Shown: positions 20,484 through 30,500 of the stretch, in pieces
Numbering within the stretch: position 1 is the first letter of the stretch
How the letters are laid out: every line of letters starts with the position of its first letter
Source: Trueperaceae bacterium
Lineage (GTDB): Bacteria > Deinococcota > Deinococci > Deinococcales > Trueperaceae
NCBI GenBank assembly: GCA_034521815.1
Contig: JAXHLW010000013.1
Span: 1,376,001-1,440,000, forward strand
Length of the DNA stretch: 64,000 nucleotides
Direction: 5' to 3'
Made by a program: the position numbers and the translations under genes
The notes under the pieces: model-generated
The model's database searches: none
What the model saw: the letters and a program-made list of their open reading frames with translations, nothing else
Told to the model about the DNA's origin: nothing

Positions 20484-21764
20484 ATGCGCGATGCCACCGA
20501 ATATCGACGTCTTGCCGCGACGCTGCGTTGGTCTGGCCTCTTCGCCGCGGCCATCTTCGTCGTGGGCCTCACCGCCTGCAGCTCGCCGTTCGAGGGGTTC
20601 ACGCCCGACACCCAAGCGCCGACCCTGTACCTGTCTGGCGTGAGCGACGGCGACGTCATCACCACCAGCGAGGTGACGCTCACGGCCGTCGCGACCGACG
20701 ACCGCGGTGTCGCCTCCGTTCGTTACAGCGTTAATGGAAGCACGACGACCGCCTGCGACGCCTTCGGCGGCGACACCTGGTCGTGCGCCTCGATTCCGCT
20801 GACCATCGGAGCCAACACCATCGAAGTCACGGTCCGCGACGACGCCGGGAACGCTACGTCGCGCTCGCTCACCGTCTACTACCAGCCGCCCACGGACGCG
20901 TCCGGGTTCAACATCGAGGTCGTGTACTTCGACCAGTCCTACAGCGCCAGCCAGCTCGAAGCGTTCCAGCTCGCTGCCGACCGTTGGGAGAGCATCGTCG
21001 TCGGGGACCTCGAAGGCTTCCCCCTGAACCAGCCCGAGGGCGGCAGCTGCAATGTCGGTGAACCCGCCTACGACGACACCGTCGACGACCTGCTGATCTT
21101 CGTCACCAGCTTCACCGACGAAGCGGGCGGGCTACTCGGCGAGGCCGGCCCCTGCCTCAGTCGAACCAACGGCGACGACGCCGGCACCAACGCCGTGGGC
21201 TACATGCGGTTCGACACCGAAGACCTCGACGTCCTCGAAGCGGACGGCAACCTCGTCGAGACGATCGTGCACGAGATGGGCCACGTCCTCGGCATCGGAA
21301 CGAACTGGGAGTGGTCCTACCACGACCTTCTCGACTACCAGGCGAGCGGCAGCTCGCCGGACTGCGCGAACGCCGGTGGCTTCGTCACACCGCCCAGCTA
21401 TACCGGAACGAGCGGCAGAGACGCCTGGCTGGATCTGGGCGGATGGGGTCGGCTCCCTGTCGAAGAGTCGGGCGGGCTCGGCACGCAGTGCGGGCATTGG
21501 GACGATGCGACGTTCGGGAACGAGCTCATGACCGGCTTCCTCGATGGCGGCATGGTCAATCCGCTCAGCCAGCTGACCGTCCGCTCCCTCCGAGACATCG
21601 GCCTCACTGTCGACGTCTCCGCGGCCGATCCGTACACCCTCCCTTCCGGCGCTTTCCTGAGAACCCAAGGCGGCTTCGACATCGCCGCCGCCGAGATTCT
21701 GGTCCCGGCACGAGGCACCATCGACCCCGCCACCGGCGAGATCGTCATCTTCCCCGACCGCTAG
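20484..21764 (+). CDS. Lipoprotein with Ig-like domain and leishmanolysin-like (M8) zinc metallopeptidase
   Basis: Lipobox LTAC, Ig-like segment ([15 protein letters not shown]), HEMGHVLG, downstream HW and NELMT Met-turn. Confidence 0.82.
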   Translation: MRDATEYRRLAATLRWSGLFAAAIFVVGLTACSSPFEGFTPDTQAPTLYLSGVSDGDVITTSEVTLTAVATDDRGVASVRYSVNGSTTTACDAFGGDTWSCASIPLTIGANTIEVTVRDDAGNATSRSLTVYYQPPTDASGFNIEVVYFDQSYSASQLEAFQLAADRWESIVVGDLEGFPLNQPEGGSCNVGEPAYDDTVDDLLIFVTSFTDEAGGLLGEAGPCLSRTNGDDAGTNAVGYMRFDTEDLDVLEADGNLVETIVHEMGHVLGIGTNWEWSYHDLLDYQASGSSPDCANAGGFVTPPSYTGTSGRDAWLDLGGWGRLPVEESGGLGTQCGHWDDATFGNELMTGFLDGGMVNPLSQLTVRSLRDIGLTVDVSAADPYTLPSGAFLRTQGGFDIAAAEILVPARGTIDPATGEIVIFPDR

Positions 21765-21842
21765 CGAAGACCGCAGCCCAGCCCGCTTCCACCGCGTCCC
21801 CTGTCATTCGAGTGGGTCGCGGTGGTGTGGTAGGAACGGGCC

Positions 21843-22256
21843 ATGCACGCCCACCACGTCGCCGCCGTCGCCGTCCTCGTCATCCGGGACGGTCGCGTCC
21901 TGGCACTGCGGCGCTCACGAAACAAGGACGCCGCGCCCGGCGTGTGGGAGGCCCTCTCGGGCCGGCTGGAGCCGGGCGAGGATCCGCACCCCGCCGCGGT
22001 TCGCGAGGCGCTCGAGGAGACCGGGCTGACCGTGGACGTCGAGCGCAGGCCGTGGACCGCGTACGCCGCCGACCGCGCGGGCGAGCCGATGCTGGTGGTC
22101 GTGTACCGAGGGACCCCCGTCGCCGGCGAGCTGACGCTCAGCGACGAGCACGACGACCACGCCTGGCTGGACGCCGACGCGTTCGCGGCCAGGAGTCCGC
22201 TGACGGCGCTGGTCGAGGCGGTCAGGACGGCGCTTGCGGCGCCCGCGCCACGGTAG
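21843..22256 (+). CDS. NUDIX hydrolase
   Basis: Nudix box [22 protein letters not shown]. Confidence 0.9.
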   Translation: MHAHHVAAVAVLVIRDGRVLALRRSRNKDAAPGVWEALSGRLEPGEDPHPAAVREALEETGLTVDVERRPWTAYAADRAGEPMLVVVYRGTPVAGELTLSDEHDDHAWLDADAFAARSPLTALVEAVRTALAAPAPR

Positions 22257-22363
22257 TCGTCCGCACCGCCTGCCCGCCATCGCGAACGTCGATCGGTCAC
22301 CCGCACGCGATCTCCGTCCGACGACGGAGGACGGAGTCGACGGCGCGTCGTACGCTCGCCGGC

Positions 22364-22690
22364 ATGATCATCACGACCACCTCCACCCTGCAGGACCGAT
22401 CCATCGCCGACTATCTGGGCCTCGTCTCCGGCGAGGCGATCCTGGGCGCCAACGTGTTCCGCGACTTCTTCGCCGGCATTCGCGACATCGTCGGTGGGCG
22501 CAGCGGCGGCTACGAGCGCTCGCTGCGCGAGGCGAAGGAGATCGCGATCCGCGAGATGGAGGTCGCCGCCCGCGAGCTGGGGGCGGACGCGGTGATCGGC
22601 ATCGACCTCGACTACGAGAGCATCCAGTCGGGCTCCGGCGGCAGCATGCTGATGGTGTCGGCGTCCGGCACGGCGATCCGGCTCGGCTGA
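22364..22690 (+). CDS. YbjQ/UPF0145 family protein
   Basis: [24 protein letters not shown]...SASGTAI; leaderless TACGCT 7 nt upstream. Confidence 0.92.
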   Translation: MIITTTSTLQDRSIADYLGLVSGEAILGANVFRDFFAGIRDIVGGRSGGYERSLREAKEIAIREMEVAARELGADAVIGIDLDYESIQSGSGGSMLMVSASGTAIRLG

Positions 22691-22721
22691 CCTGAACTCG
22701 GCTGACCTGAACGACGACGCT

Positions 22722-22750
22722 TTGACACCGCGCCCTGCACGGGCTAGGCT
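22722..22750 (+). promoter_or_regulatory. sigma70 promoter TTGACA-N17-TAGGCT for the aspS leader
   Basis: Consensus -35, 17-bp spacer and TANNNT -10, with an ATG 7 nt downstream. Confidence 0.8.
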
Positions 22751-22757
22751 CCGTGGC

Positions 22758-22844
22758 ATGCTCGCCCTGGGCCCCCACCTCGCGTACCGCACCGTCCCGA
22801 ACCTTCGGGACGACAATTCGCGTGTGGGGGGCCTCGGGGCGTAG
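22758..22844 (+). CDS. Putative leaderless Asn/Asp leader peptide, 28 aa (MLALGPHLAYRTVPNLRDDNSRVGGLGA)
   Basis: Short ORF at the predicted TSS; its only Asn/Asp codons are clustered (AAC CTT CGG GAC GAC AAT); a terminator and aspS follow. Confidence 0.7.
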   Translation: MLALGPHLAYRTVPNLRDDNSRVGGLGA

Positions 22845-22866
22845 GGCGCCGTCGATCGACGCGTTG

Positions 22867-22900
22867 GACCCCCGGGGCTCGGCTCCGGGGGTCTTTTCGT
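22867..22900 (+). terminator. Intrinsic terminator (attenuator) upstream of aspS
   Basis: GACCCCCGGGGC-TCG-GCTCCGGGGGTC followed by TTTTCGTT. Confidence 0.82.
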
Positions 22901-22935
22901 TGGATCGGTCCGCGAGCCCAGGAAGGTAGGTCGGC

Positions 22936-24225
22936 ATGAACGAGGACGGAAGCGAACGAACGCTGACGCGCGAGCTCCCCGCGCACGACGGGGCTCGCGT
23001 CACGCTGCGCGGCTGGGTGCACGCCCGCCGCGACCTGGGCGGCGTGCAGTTCCTGGTGCTTCGGGACAGGACCGGCGCGGCGCAGTGCGTGTTCCACGGC
23101 ACCGAGATCCCTTTGCAGGAGTCGTGCGTCGAGGTCGGCGGCACGGTCGCCGCCTCGCCCAAGGCGCCCGGCGGGTTCGAGGTCCAGGCCGACCACCTGC
23201 GCATCCTGAGCCAGGCGACCGAGCCGACGCCGGTCGAGATCTCGAAGGAGAGCTGGAACGCCAATCCCGACACCCTCCTCGCCTACCGGCACGTGACGGT
23301 TCGCGGGCTCGAGGCGCAGGCGATGCTGAAGGTGCAGGCCGAGCTGGTCGGGGCGTTCCGGGCGTACCTGGACGCCGAGGCGTTCACCGAGATCTTCACG
23401 CCGAAGCTGGTCGCGGCCGGCGCGGAGGGCGGCGCCGACATGTTCGAGGTGGACTACTACGGCAAGCGGGCGTACCTGGCGCAGTCGCCGCAGCTGTACA
23501 AGCAGATCATGATCGCGGTGCACGAGCGGGTGTACGAGACCGCGCCGGTCTGGAGGGCGGAGGCGTCGCACACCACGCGGCACCTGGCCGAGTACCTCAG
23601 CCTGGACGTCGAGCTGGGCTTCATCGACGACGACGGCGACGTGATGGACCTGCAGGAGGCGCTGCTGGGCTCGATGATGCGCCGCGTCGGCGAACGCTGC
23701 GCCGCGGAGCTCGCGCTGCTTGGCGCCGAGGTGCCCGACGTGACCGACCGGTTCCCCCGCATCGAGCTGCTCGAGGCCCGGAAGCTGGTCGAGGAGCGCT
23801 ACGGCCACGCGCCTGGCGGCAAGGACCTGGACCCCGAGGCCGAGCGGCTGCTGGGCCGCTGGGCCAAGGAGGAGCACGGCAGCGACTTCGTGTTCGTGAC
23901 CCGCTACCCGCAGGCGGCGCGCCCGTTCTACACCTACCCGACCGGCGACGGCCTGACGCGCGGCGTGGACCTGCTGTTCCGCGGGGTCGAGATCACCTCC
24001 GGCGGCCAGCGCGTGCACGAGCACGACGTGCTGGTACGCGAGCTCGAGAAGCGCGGCATGGATCCGCGCCGCTTCGAGGGCTACCTCGAGGTGTTCAAGC
24101 ACGGCATGCCGCCGCACGGCGGGTTCGCGATCGGAGCGGAGCGGCTCACCGCCCTGCTGCTGGGGATCCCCAACGTCCGCTTCGCCCGGGCGTTCCCGCG
24201 CGACGGGAGTCGGCTGCAGCCGTAG
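22936..24225 (+). CDS. aspS: Non-discriminating aspartyl-tRNA(Asp/Asn) synthetase (AspRS2, archaeal type)
   Basis: OB fold WVHARRDLGG and KAPGG (the His and Pro associated with non-discrimination), LAQSPQLYKQ, EITSGGQR and GMPPHGGFAIGAERL; short 429-aa form. Confidence 0.93.
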   Translation: MNEDGSERTLTRELPAHDGARVTLRGWVHARRDLGGVQFLVLRDRTGAAQCVFHGTEIPLQESCVEVGGTVAASPKAPGGFEVQADHLRILSQATEPTPVEISKESWNANPDTLLAYRHVTVRGLEAQAMLKVQAELVGAFRAYLDAEAFTEIFTPKLVAAGAEGGADMFEVDYYGKRAYLAQSPQLYKQIMIAVHERVYETAPVWRAEASHTTRHLAEYLSLDVELGFIDDDGDVMDLQEALLGSMMRRVGERCAAELALLGAEVPDVTDRFPRIELLEARKLVEERYGHAPGGKDLDPEAERLLGRWAKEEHGSDFVFVTRYPQAARPFYTYPTGDGLTRGVDLLFRGVEITSGGQRVHEHDVLVRELEKRGMDPRRFEGYLEVFKHGMPPHGGFAIGAERLTALLLGIPNVRFARAFPRDGSRLQP

Positions 24226-24343
24226 CGGCGCATGAAGCCGACCGGGCGACCGGCCGCCTGCGCACGTGGCCACGCCGGTCGGGTTCGCGACGTAGACTAG
24301 ATCGTCCGTCCGTCCCGTCGTCCACCTTCGCTAGGGAGGAACC

Positions 24344-24988
24344 ATGCTTCGAGCCCTCGCCGTCGCTACCGCCGGCCTCGCCCTTCTTCTGGCCGCCTGC
24401 GCGCCCACGACCGCAACGTCGGGCGCCGACCTGTCGGCTCTCGACGCCGCCTGCGCCACCGAGCCAGCGCCCGTCGTCGCGGTGGTCCAGTTCGAGAACA
24501 CCACCGGCCGCTTCGGCACCACCGTCACGGGCGTCGAGGAGGCCGCGACCGCGCGCCTGATCACGCTGCTCAAGGAGAGCGGCTGCTACGACATCGTGGA
24601 GCAGAGCGAGCTGCAGAACGTGATGATGCAGCAGGGCCTCGAGTCGATGGAGCCCGAGGCGCTGGCCCGCGCCGCCGGCGCCGGCTACGTGATCACCGGT
24701 ACCGTCACGCGCGCCACGATCGCCGAGCCGGGCGTGTCGGTGTTCGGCGTCAGCCTGGGCGAGACCCGTGCGGACGTCGAGGTGGACGTGAGAGCCACCG
24801 ACATCATCACCGGCTCGATCGTCGTCTCCGAGACCGGTACGGGGACCGCCACGAGCCCGAACATCGCCGTCGACCGCATCCCGGCCGGCCGGATCGCGTA
24901 CGACGACCCGACCGTCGGACCGATCCTGGCCGACGCGTCGGCCGCGGCCGTGCGCGAAGTGGTGGCCTTCATCCGCGCCGAGTTCTGA
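24344..24988 (+). CDS. CsgG/HfaB-family lipoprotein
   Basis: Lipobox LAAC; VAVVQFEN...YVITGTVT...VDVRATDIITG pattern of the CsgG/TolB_N-like fold. Confidence 0.72.
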   Translation: MLRALAVATAGLALLLAACAPTTATSGADLSALDAACATEPAPVVAVVQFENTTGRFGTTVTGVEEAATARLITLLKESGCYDIVEQSELQNVMMQQGLESMEPEALARAAGAGYVITGTVTRATIAEPGVSVFGVSLGETRADVEVDVRATDIITGSIVVSETGTGTATSPNIAVDRIPAGRIAYDDPTVGPILADASAAAVREVVAFIRAEF

Positions 24989-25086
24989 TCGAGCCGGCGC
25001 CGACCAAGCCGGCCCTAACGTGCGCGGCGCCTGCCTCCCGGCGGGCGCCGCGCACGCTTGGATCCGCCGCCGAAACCTGAGGCGGC

Positions 25087-27432
25087 TCAGCCGCCGGCGC
25101 CGAACGCCTCGCAGGAGAGACCCATCCCGCCAGCGAAGTCGGTGCCCGCCACGCCGGTCGTCATCGTGAACAGCAGGCCGGCCCCGGCACCGCCGAGCTT
25201 GCCGATGACCCCGCCGAGCCCCAGGCCGGTGACGTTGTTGATGTGCGCCTTCAGGAGGCAGCAGGCCTCGGCGGTGCCGCCCATGCCCTGGCAGTCCTTC
25301 AGCCCCTTGACGGCGAACATGAGCGTCATGGCGTTGTCCACGAGCTGGATCTCGTACTCGACCATCGTCTGACCGCGGCCGTCGGCCGTCACGCCCAGCG
25401 CGGCGCCCGACGTCGGGTCCAGCCGCCACCACGCCGCCTGCCGGTCCTGCGCCGCTCGCGGAATCAGCACCAGCGAGCCGCGTGCGAGGTCGTCCGCGAG
25501 CCGCGAGGCGGCCTCCGCGCCGACACCGAGGTCGCTGGCGTCCACCGCGTCGCCGGGACGCAGCAGCCGGTACGGGGGCGCTGCGTCGGCCGCCGCGACG
25601 CGCTGGGCGTCCTCGCTGTCCTCGCTCAGCATCTCGCGCTCCACGAGCGTCTCCCACACCCCGCGCCGTAGCGCGGCGCCGGCGTCCAGCGCCGCCCCTT
25701 CGGGCCCGGCCAGGACGCGGCGGGGGTTGGCGGCGATATCGATGCTGCGCACGAAGGCGACGTCGCCGCGCGGCGCCACCCGCTCGGAAAGCACCAGGAC
25801 GGCGGGAGCGGGTCGGTAGCCGGGTCCGGCCGCGACGCCGGCCACGGCACGGTCGAAGGTGTCGAACGCCGCCAAGTGGTCGAGCCCGGTCGGGCCGCCC
25901 AGCATGGCCTGGTCCAGGTCGGCGTCGGAATCGGGCTCGGCCATCTGGCCGACCACGTAGGAGAAGAACTCGCGCGTCTCCAGGAGCCGTGACAGGGTCC
26001 GGTCCAAGAGGTACCCGGCCGGCAGGGCGCCGGTCGACACCATCAGTCGGTGCCGTCCGAGCACGGCCCGCGCCGGGTCGGGCGCGTCGGGATCGATGCG
26101 GACGCGCCCGGCAGCGCGATTCTCGGCGCCGATCCGATCCAGGATCCAGCGGCGGTGCAGCGTTTCCCGGCCGTCCGGGGCGATCAGCGTCACGTCGATC
26201 CCGTGTCCCGCCAGGGCCAGCGGGTCGCCGTCGGCTCCATCGCCTCCTCCCCCGAGCGCTCCCAGCGCGCCCACGGCCTGCTCTCCGGCGCCGGCCACGG
26301 AGCGGAACACCCCCGCCGCGACGTTGTTGGCGACGTCCGGCGAGATCGCGCGGCCGTCGAGATCGAAGATCTGTGCGCCGGGAGCGAGCGCGCCGTCGAA
26401 GTACGGCGCGAACACCTCGGTCTCTTGGGCCACCCGCGCGAGGTCGAACGCACCGACGTCGCCGCCGGGCGCCGAGTTCGGGTAGTTGGCGTACTCGAGC
26501 ACGACGCCGGCAGCGTTCGCGGCCGGTCGCTCCCACGCCTCCATCACCGGCACCCGCGTGAGCTCGTCGCCGCGCTTCTGCTCGATCCACGCCTGGATGC
26601 GCACCCGGTGCTGCAGCTCGGCGGGAATCGCGCCCTCGAGGACCCGTTCCGGCTCGAGCGACGCGTCCGGCTCCAGGCCGGTCGGGTGGGCCGACCTCCA
26701 GGGATCGTCGGGGCCCAGCCGGTACTGCGTCCAGGCGTAGCCGCGCGCCTCGGAGCGCAGCACGCCGGCGGCGTCCTCGGCGAGGGACACGCCGGCGTCG
26801 GCAAGGGCGGCCTCGATGCCGGCGGCGATCGTCTGCAGCTCCTCGCGCAGCGGCTCGTCCTCCACCGGGGGCGGCGCGATCGTCGCCTCCAGCGAGGCCA
26901 GCAGCTCCTCCTCGGGCGTGGCGACGATCTCGGCCAGGCGCGAGAGCGCGTCCCTCAGCACCCCTACGTCGCCGATCGGCGGCGCTGGAGGAGCCGCGAG
27001 GGAGGCGCGTGCGAGCAGGCGCTCGGCCGCCGCCTCGTCCAGCGTGGCCAGGGCGATCCGCGTCTCGAAGCCTGCGTCGCCCAACAGCCGAGCGAGCAGC
27101 GTGGCCTGGTCGAGGGCGTTGCCGGCCCGGGCGCGCAAGGTGCCGTCCGGCCCGCGGAGGAGCCCGGCGTACGGCTCGTAGGTCACGTTCTCGGTCACCC
27201 AGGCAGCGATCGTGTCGGCGTCCTCGAAGGCGAGCTCGAACGCCAGCTCACCGGCGTCGAACGCGCTTCGATCGATCGCGCCGCGCATCTCCTCGAGGAT
27301 CGACATGAGCTCGTCCAGACGCCCCAGCGCGGCAGCCCGATCGTCGTAGCGCACCGTCCCCTGGGCGATGGCGCTGCCGGCCACGCTCGCCATGAGCGCC
27401 ATCAGCAGCGCGAAGATCGTCCGTCTCATCAT
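25087..27432 (-). CDS. Secreted protein with a degenerate transglutaminase-like domain and a Cys/Gly-rich hydrophobic C-terminal tail (paralog A)
   Basis: Signal peptide; YEPYAGLLRG...GNALDQATLL and YAWTQY; clear paralogy to 40507-42999. Confidence 0.7.
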   Translation of the reverse strand: MMRRTIFALLMALMASVAGSAIAQGTVRYDDRAAALGRLDELMSILEEMRGAIDRSAFDAGELAFELAFEDADTIAAWVTENVTYEPYAGLLRGPDGTLRARAGNALDQATLLARLLGDAGFETRIALATLDEAAAERLLARASLAAPPAPPIGDVGVLRDALSRLAEIVATPEEELLASLEATIAPPPVEDEPLREELQTIAAGIEAALADAGVSLAEDAAGVLRSEARGYAWTQYRLGPDDPWRSAHPTGLEPDASLEPERVLEGAIPAELQHRVRIQAWIEQKRGDELTRVPVMEAWERPAANAAGVVLEYANYPNSAPGGDVGAFDLARVAQETEVFAPYFDGALAPGAQIFDLDGRAISPDVANNVAAGVFRSVAGAGEQAVGALGALGGGGDGADGDPLALAGHGIDVTLIAPDGRETLHRRWILDRIGAENRAAGRVRIDPDAPDPARAVLGRHRLMVSTGALPAGYLLDRTLSRLLETREFFSYVVGQMAEPDSDADLDQAMLGGPTGLDHLAAFDTFDRAVAGVAAGPGYRPAPAVLVLSERVAPRGDVAFVRSIDIAANPRRVLAGPEGAALDAGAALRRGVWETLVEREMLSEDSEDAQRVAAADAAPPYRLLRPGDAVDASDLGVGAEAASRLADDLARGSLVLIPRAAQDRQAAWWRLDPTSGAALGVTADGRGQTMVEYEIQLVDNAMTLMFAVKGLKDCQGMGGTAEACCLLKAHINNVTGLGLGGVIGKLGGAGAGLLFTMTTGVAGTDFAGGMGLSCEAFGAGG

Positions 27433-27501
27433 CCCTCCTCCTCCCCACGGCGACGCTCGGCGCCCCCGGAACCTGCTCGCCTGCCCACGGTCCGCACGCG
27501 T

Positions 27502-30500
27502 CTACGGCGCCGTCACGCTCACGCTCCCGTCCCCCGGCACGCGCACGTCGCGGATCAGCGCCGGCGGCGCGCCGGGTACGCGCACCGTGTACACGCCCAT
27601 CGGCAGCTCGACCGAGCCGCTCCCGACGCGACCGCGCGCGACCACCTCGCCGCCGGGGCCCAGCACCTCGAACGGCGGGTAGAGCGCCTGCTCGATCTCG
27701 GTGCGCAGGGCGGCCGTGTCGTCGGCCGCGGCGTAGCTGCCCGACGCCCGCTGGGCCAGCGCCTCGAAGCCGGCACGGACCTCGTCCGACTCGACGCCCA
27801 GCGTGACGATCGACAGGTTCACGTCGACGCCCTGCTCGCGTAGCGCGTCCAGCGCCGCGGCCGGATCCCCTCCGCACGACTCCTCGCCGTCGGTGATCAG
27901 CACCACCGTGCTGCCTTCCGCCTGACCCAGGTCGCTCGCGACCTGCGACAGCGCGTCGGCGATCGGCGTCTGCGACAGCAGCTTCGGCTGGATCTCGCGG
28001 ATCGCCGCGAAGGCGGCGTCACGGCTCAGCGGCTCCATCGGGATCTCCAGCCGCGACTCGCACGACTGCGGCGTGATGTGCCCGAAGGCGCGCAGCGCGA
28101 ACGGCGTGCCCTCCGGCAGGATCTCGCCGACCAGCTCCGACAGCACCTGCCGTGCCGCGTCGATGCGCGACGTCCCGTCGGGCAACAGCGCGCCCATCGA
28201 TCCGCTGGCGTCGAAGATCACCTCGACGCCGGGAAGCTCGGCGTCGGCGCCGCGCTCGACCGACAGCGTGCCGGGGCCGGGCGGCTCCTGGTAGCGGACG
28301 GCGACGTGGAGGGTGTACGGCTTGGGCCGGCGAAGGTGGCACGAGGCGCGCCGGAAGCCGGCCTCGAAGTCGCCGACGTTGCGGGCGTAGTCGTACACGC
28401 CGCGGTTCGCGGCGGCGTAGGCCTGCATGCGGTCCTGCGTGATGCCGGACCCGCCACTGGACACCTCGAAGGTGAACACGCGCGGACGGACCTCCTCGAT
28501 CGCGCGCCACAGGTCGCCCGAGAGGCTGTACCCGCCCGACTCGTGGTCGGTGATCAGCAGGATCGCGCGGGTGCCCTCGCGGTCGCCCAACGACCGGACC
28601 GCGCTCAGCATCGCCAGCTCGGCGTTGCTGGAGCCCACGGACGCGGGACTGAACGCGGCGCGGTGCCGCCCGACGTAGGCGGGGTCGCCGCTCCACCAGG
28701 GCAGCAGCCACAGCGGCTCGGGGTCGTCGAACGCCAGCAGCTGCGCCGCCTCCCGCTCCGGGTTCAAGTCGCGGGCGAACGCCGCGACCGACGCGTTGGT
28801 GATCGGCAGGAACGGTCCCATGCTGCCGCTCGAGTCCCAGGCGAACACGACGCTGCGCTTGGGCTCGTCGAGGTGGAGGTAGTAGCTGCCGGGGTCGACG
28901 AAGGCGGTGAGGCGCAGGCCGTCCTCCTGCTCGGCCGCGTCGTGCACGACCGGCTCGCCGCCTGCGTCCAGCAGCTCGTAGCGGACCACGCCGGGATCGG
29001 CGTCGAGGCGGAGCTCGATCACGTTCGATCCGTCGGGAACGTCGATCCGCCACCAGTCCTCGTCCTCGGCGACCAGCACGGCGCCGCTGGCGACGTCGCC
29101 GTCGCCGATTCCACGGGCACCGTCCCGCACGTCGTCGCTGCCGTCGTCGTCCACGCGGACCCGGGCCGAACCGTCCAGGTCCGCCGCGGCCGCCTCGTAC
29201 GGTCCGTACGGCCGGTTGTGGCCCCAGACGCCCAACGCGCTGCGGTAGTCTTCGCCGCTCTGGACCTCGTAGGCGTGCACGGACGCTGGGAGGTAGACCG
29301 AGTTGTCCTCCGGGTCGTGGCCACTGGCGGTGAAGCGAAGGTAGCGGGTCCAGATCGGCGCGTCCAGCTCCATCTCGCGCCGTTCACCGTGCGCCAGGTC
29401 CAGCGACCAGGTTCCGACCTCCGTCCACGGCCCGATCGGCCCCTCGAGGCTGGCCTGCACGGTCACCTCGCGGAAGCCGGCCTCGGCCCGGCCCCGATCC
29501 GAAGCGACCCACGCCAGGCGCTCGATCCGCGCGGCACGGCCGTGGTGGAACCCGACGGTGAACACCGCCTCGGTGACCGCGGCCGTCGATGCTGGCAGTC
29601 CGATCGACGTCCGGAAGCACGGCGTTCTCGCCGACCAGCGGATCCGACGACACCACGACGCCGCCCAAACGCTGCGCGGCGAGGTCGATCGGCTCGCTGG
29701 GGCTCCAGCTGCCCGACAGCAGCTTCCACTCGCCCAGCCAGACCGACCTCCGAGCGCGTCCGTCGTGGTCGTCGATCGCGACCAGCCGGGCGTAGCGCGC
29801 GCGGACCGGCCGGTCGAACACGAACGCCTGCTCGACCCGTGCGGCGTCGAGGCTGTCCTCCAGGACCGTCTCCCAGCTCTCGCCGTCGAGGGACGTCTCG
29901 ATCCGGAAGCGCCGCAGCTGCGAGAGGACGGCGCGCGACTGGGGATGCAGCAGCGTGCCGCTCAGCTCGATCGGCTCGTCGCCGGGAAGGTCCAGCACGA
30001 ACGCGTCGCCGGCGTCGCGGCTCGCGCCGCGGCCCGGCGAGGTCCAGCCGTCGTTCAGGTAGACGTCGTTGCCGGCGTCGCTGTCGATCACCGTCGCACC
30101 GAACGGCGCCCAGGCGACGTTGTGGTGACCGGCCAGCGCTGCGGGAACGCGCGACCGCGCGACCGGCGCGACCGGCGCCGCCTCGCAGATCGGTGCCAGC
30201 GCGACGGTGGTGGTCGCGACGCCGTCGTCGCTGCGTGCGCCCAACGTGATCCGTAGCGGCTGATCGTCGCGCACGTCGTCCGGCAAGCGGATCTGGAACG
30301 GCACGGTCGTGCTGGCGCCCGCCTCGACCTGAACACGGTCGGGCAGGGTGACCTCGACCGGCTGGAGGGAGGCGACCGCCTCGAGGCGGACCTCGCGCGT
30401 GCCCCCGGCGTCGCTGCCGATGCGCAGCTCGCCATGCACCACCTGGTGCGCCCCCCAGTACGCGGCGACGTCGCTGGCGTCGACGGTGGCAGACACGTCC

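Noticed and set aside
22720-22900. T-box riboswitch upstream of aspS
   Set aside because: There is no GGTGGNACCGCG T-box next to the terminator; the ACCGCG at about 22727 sits in the promoter spacer. The leader is also too short for stem I, and a uORF attenuator fits better.
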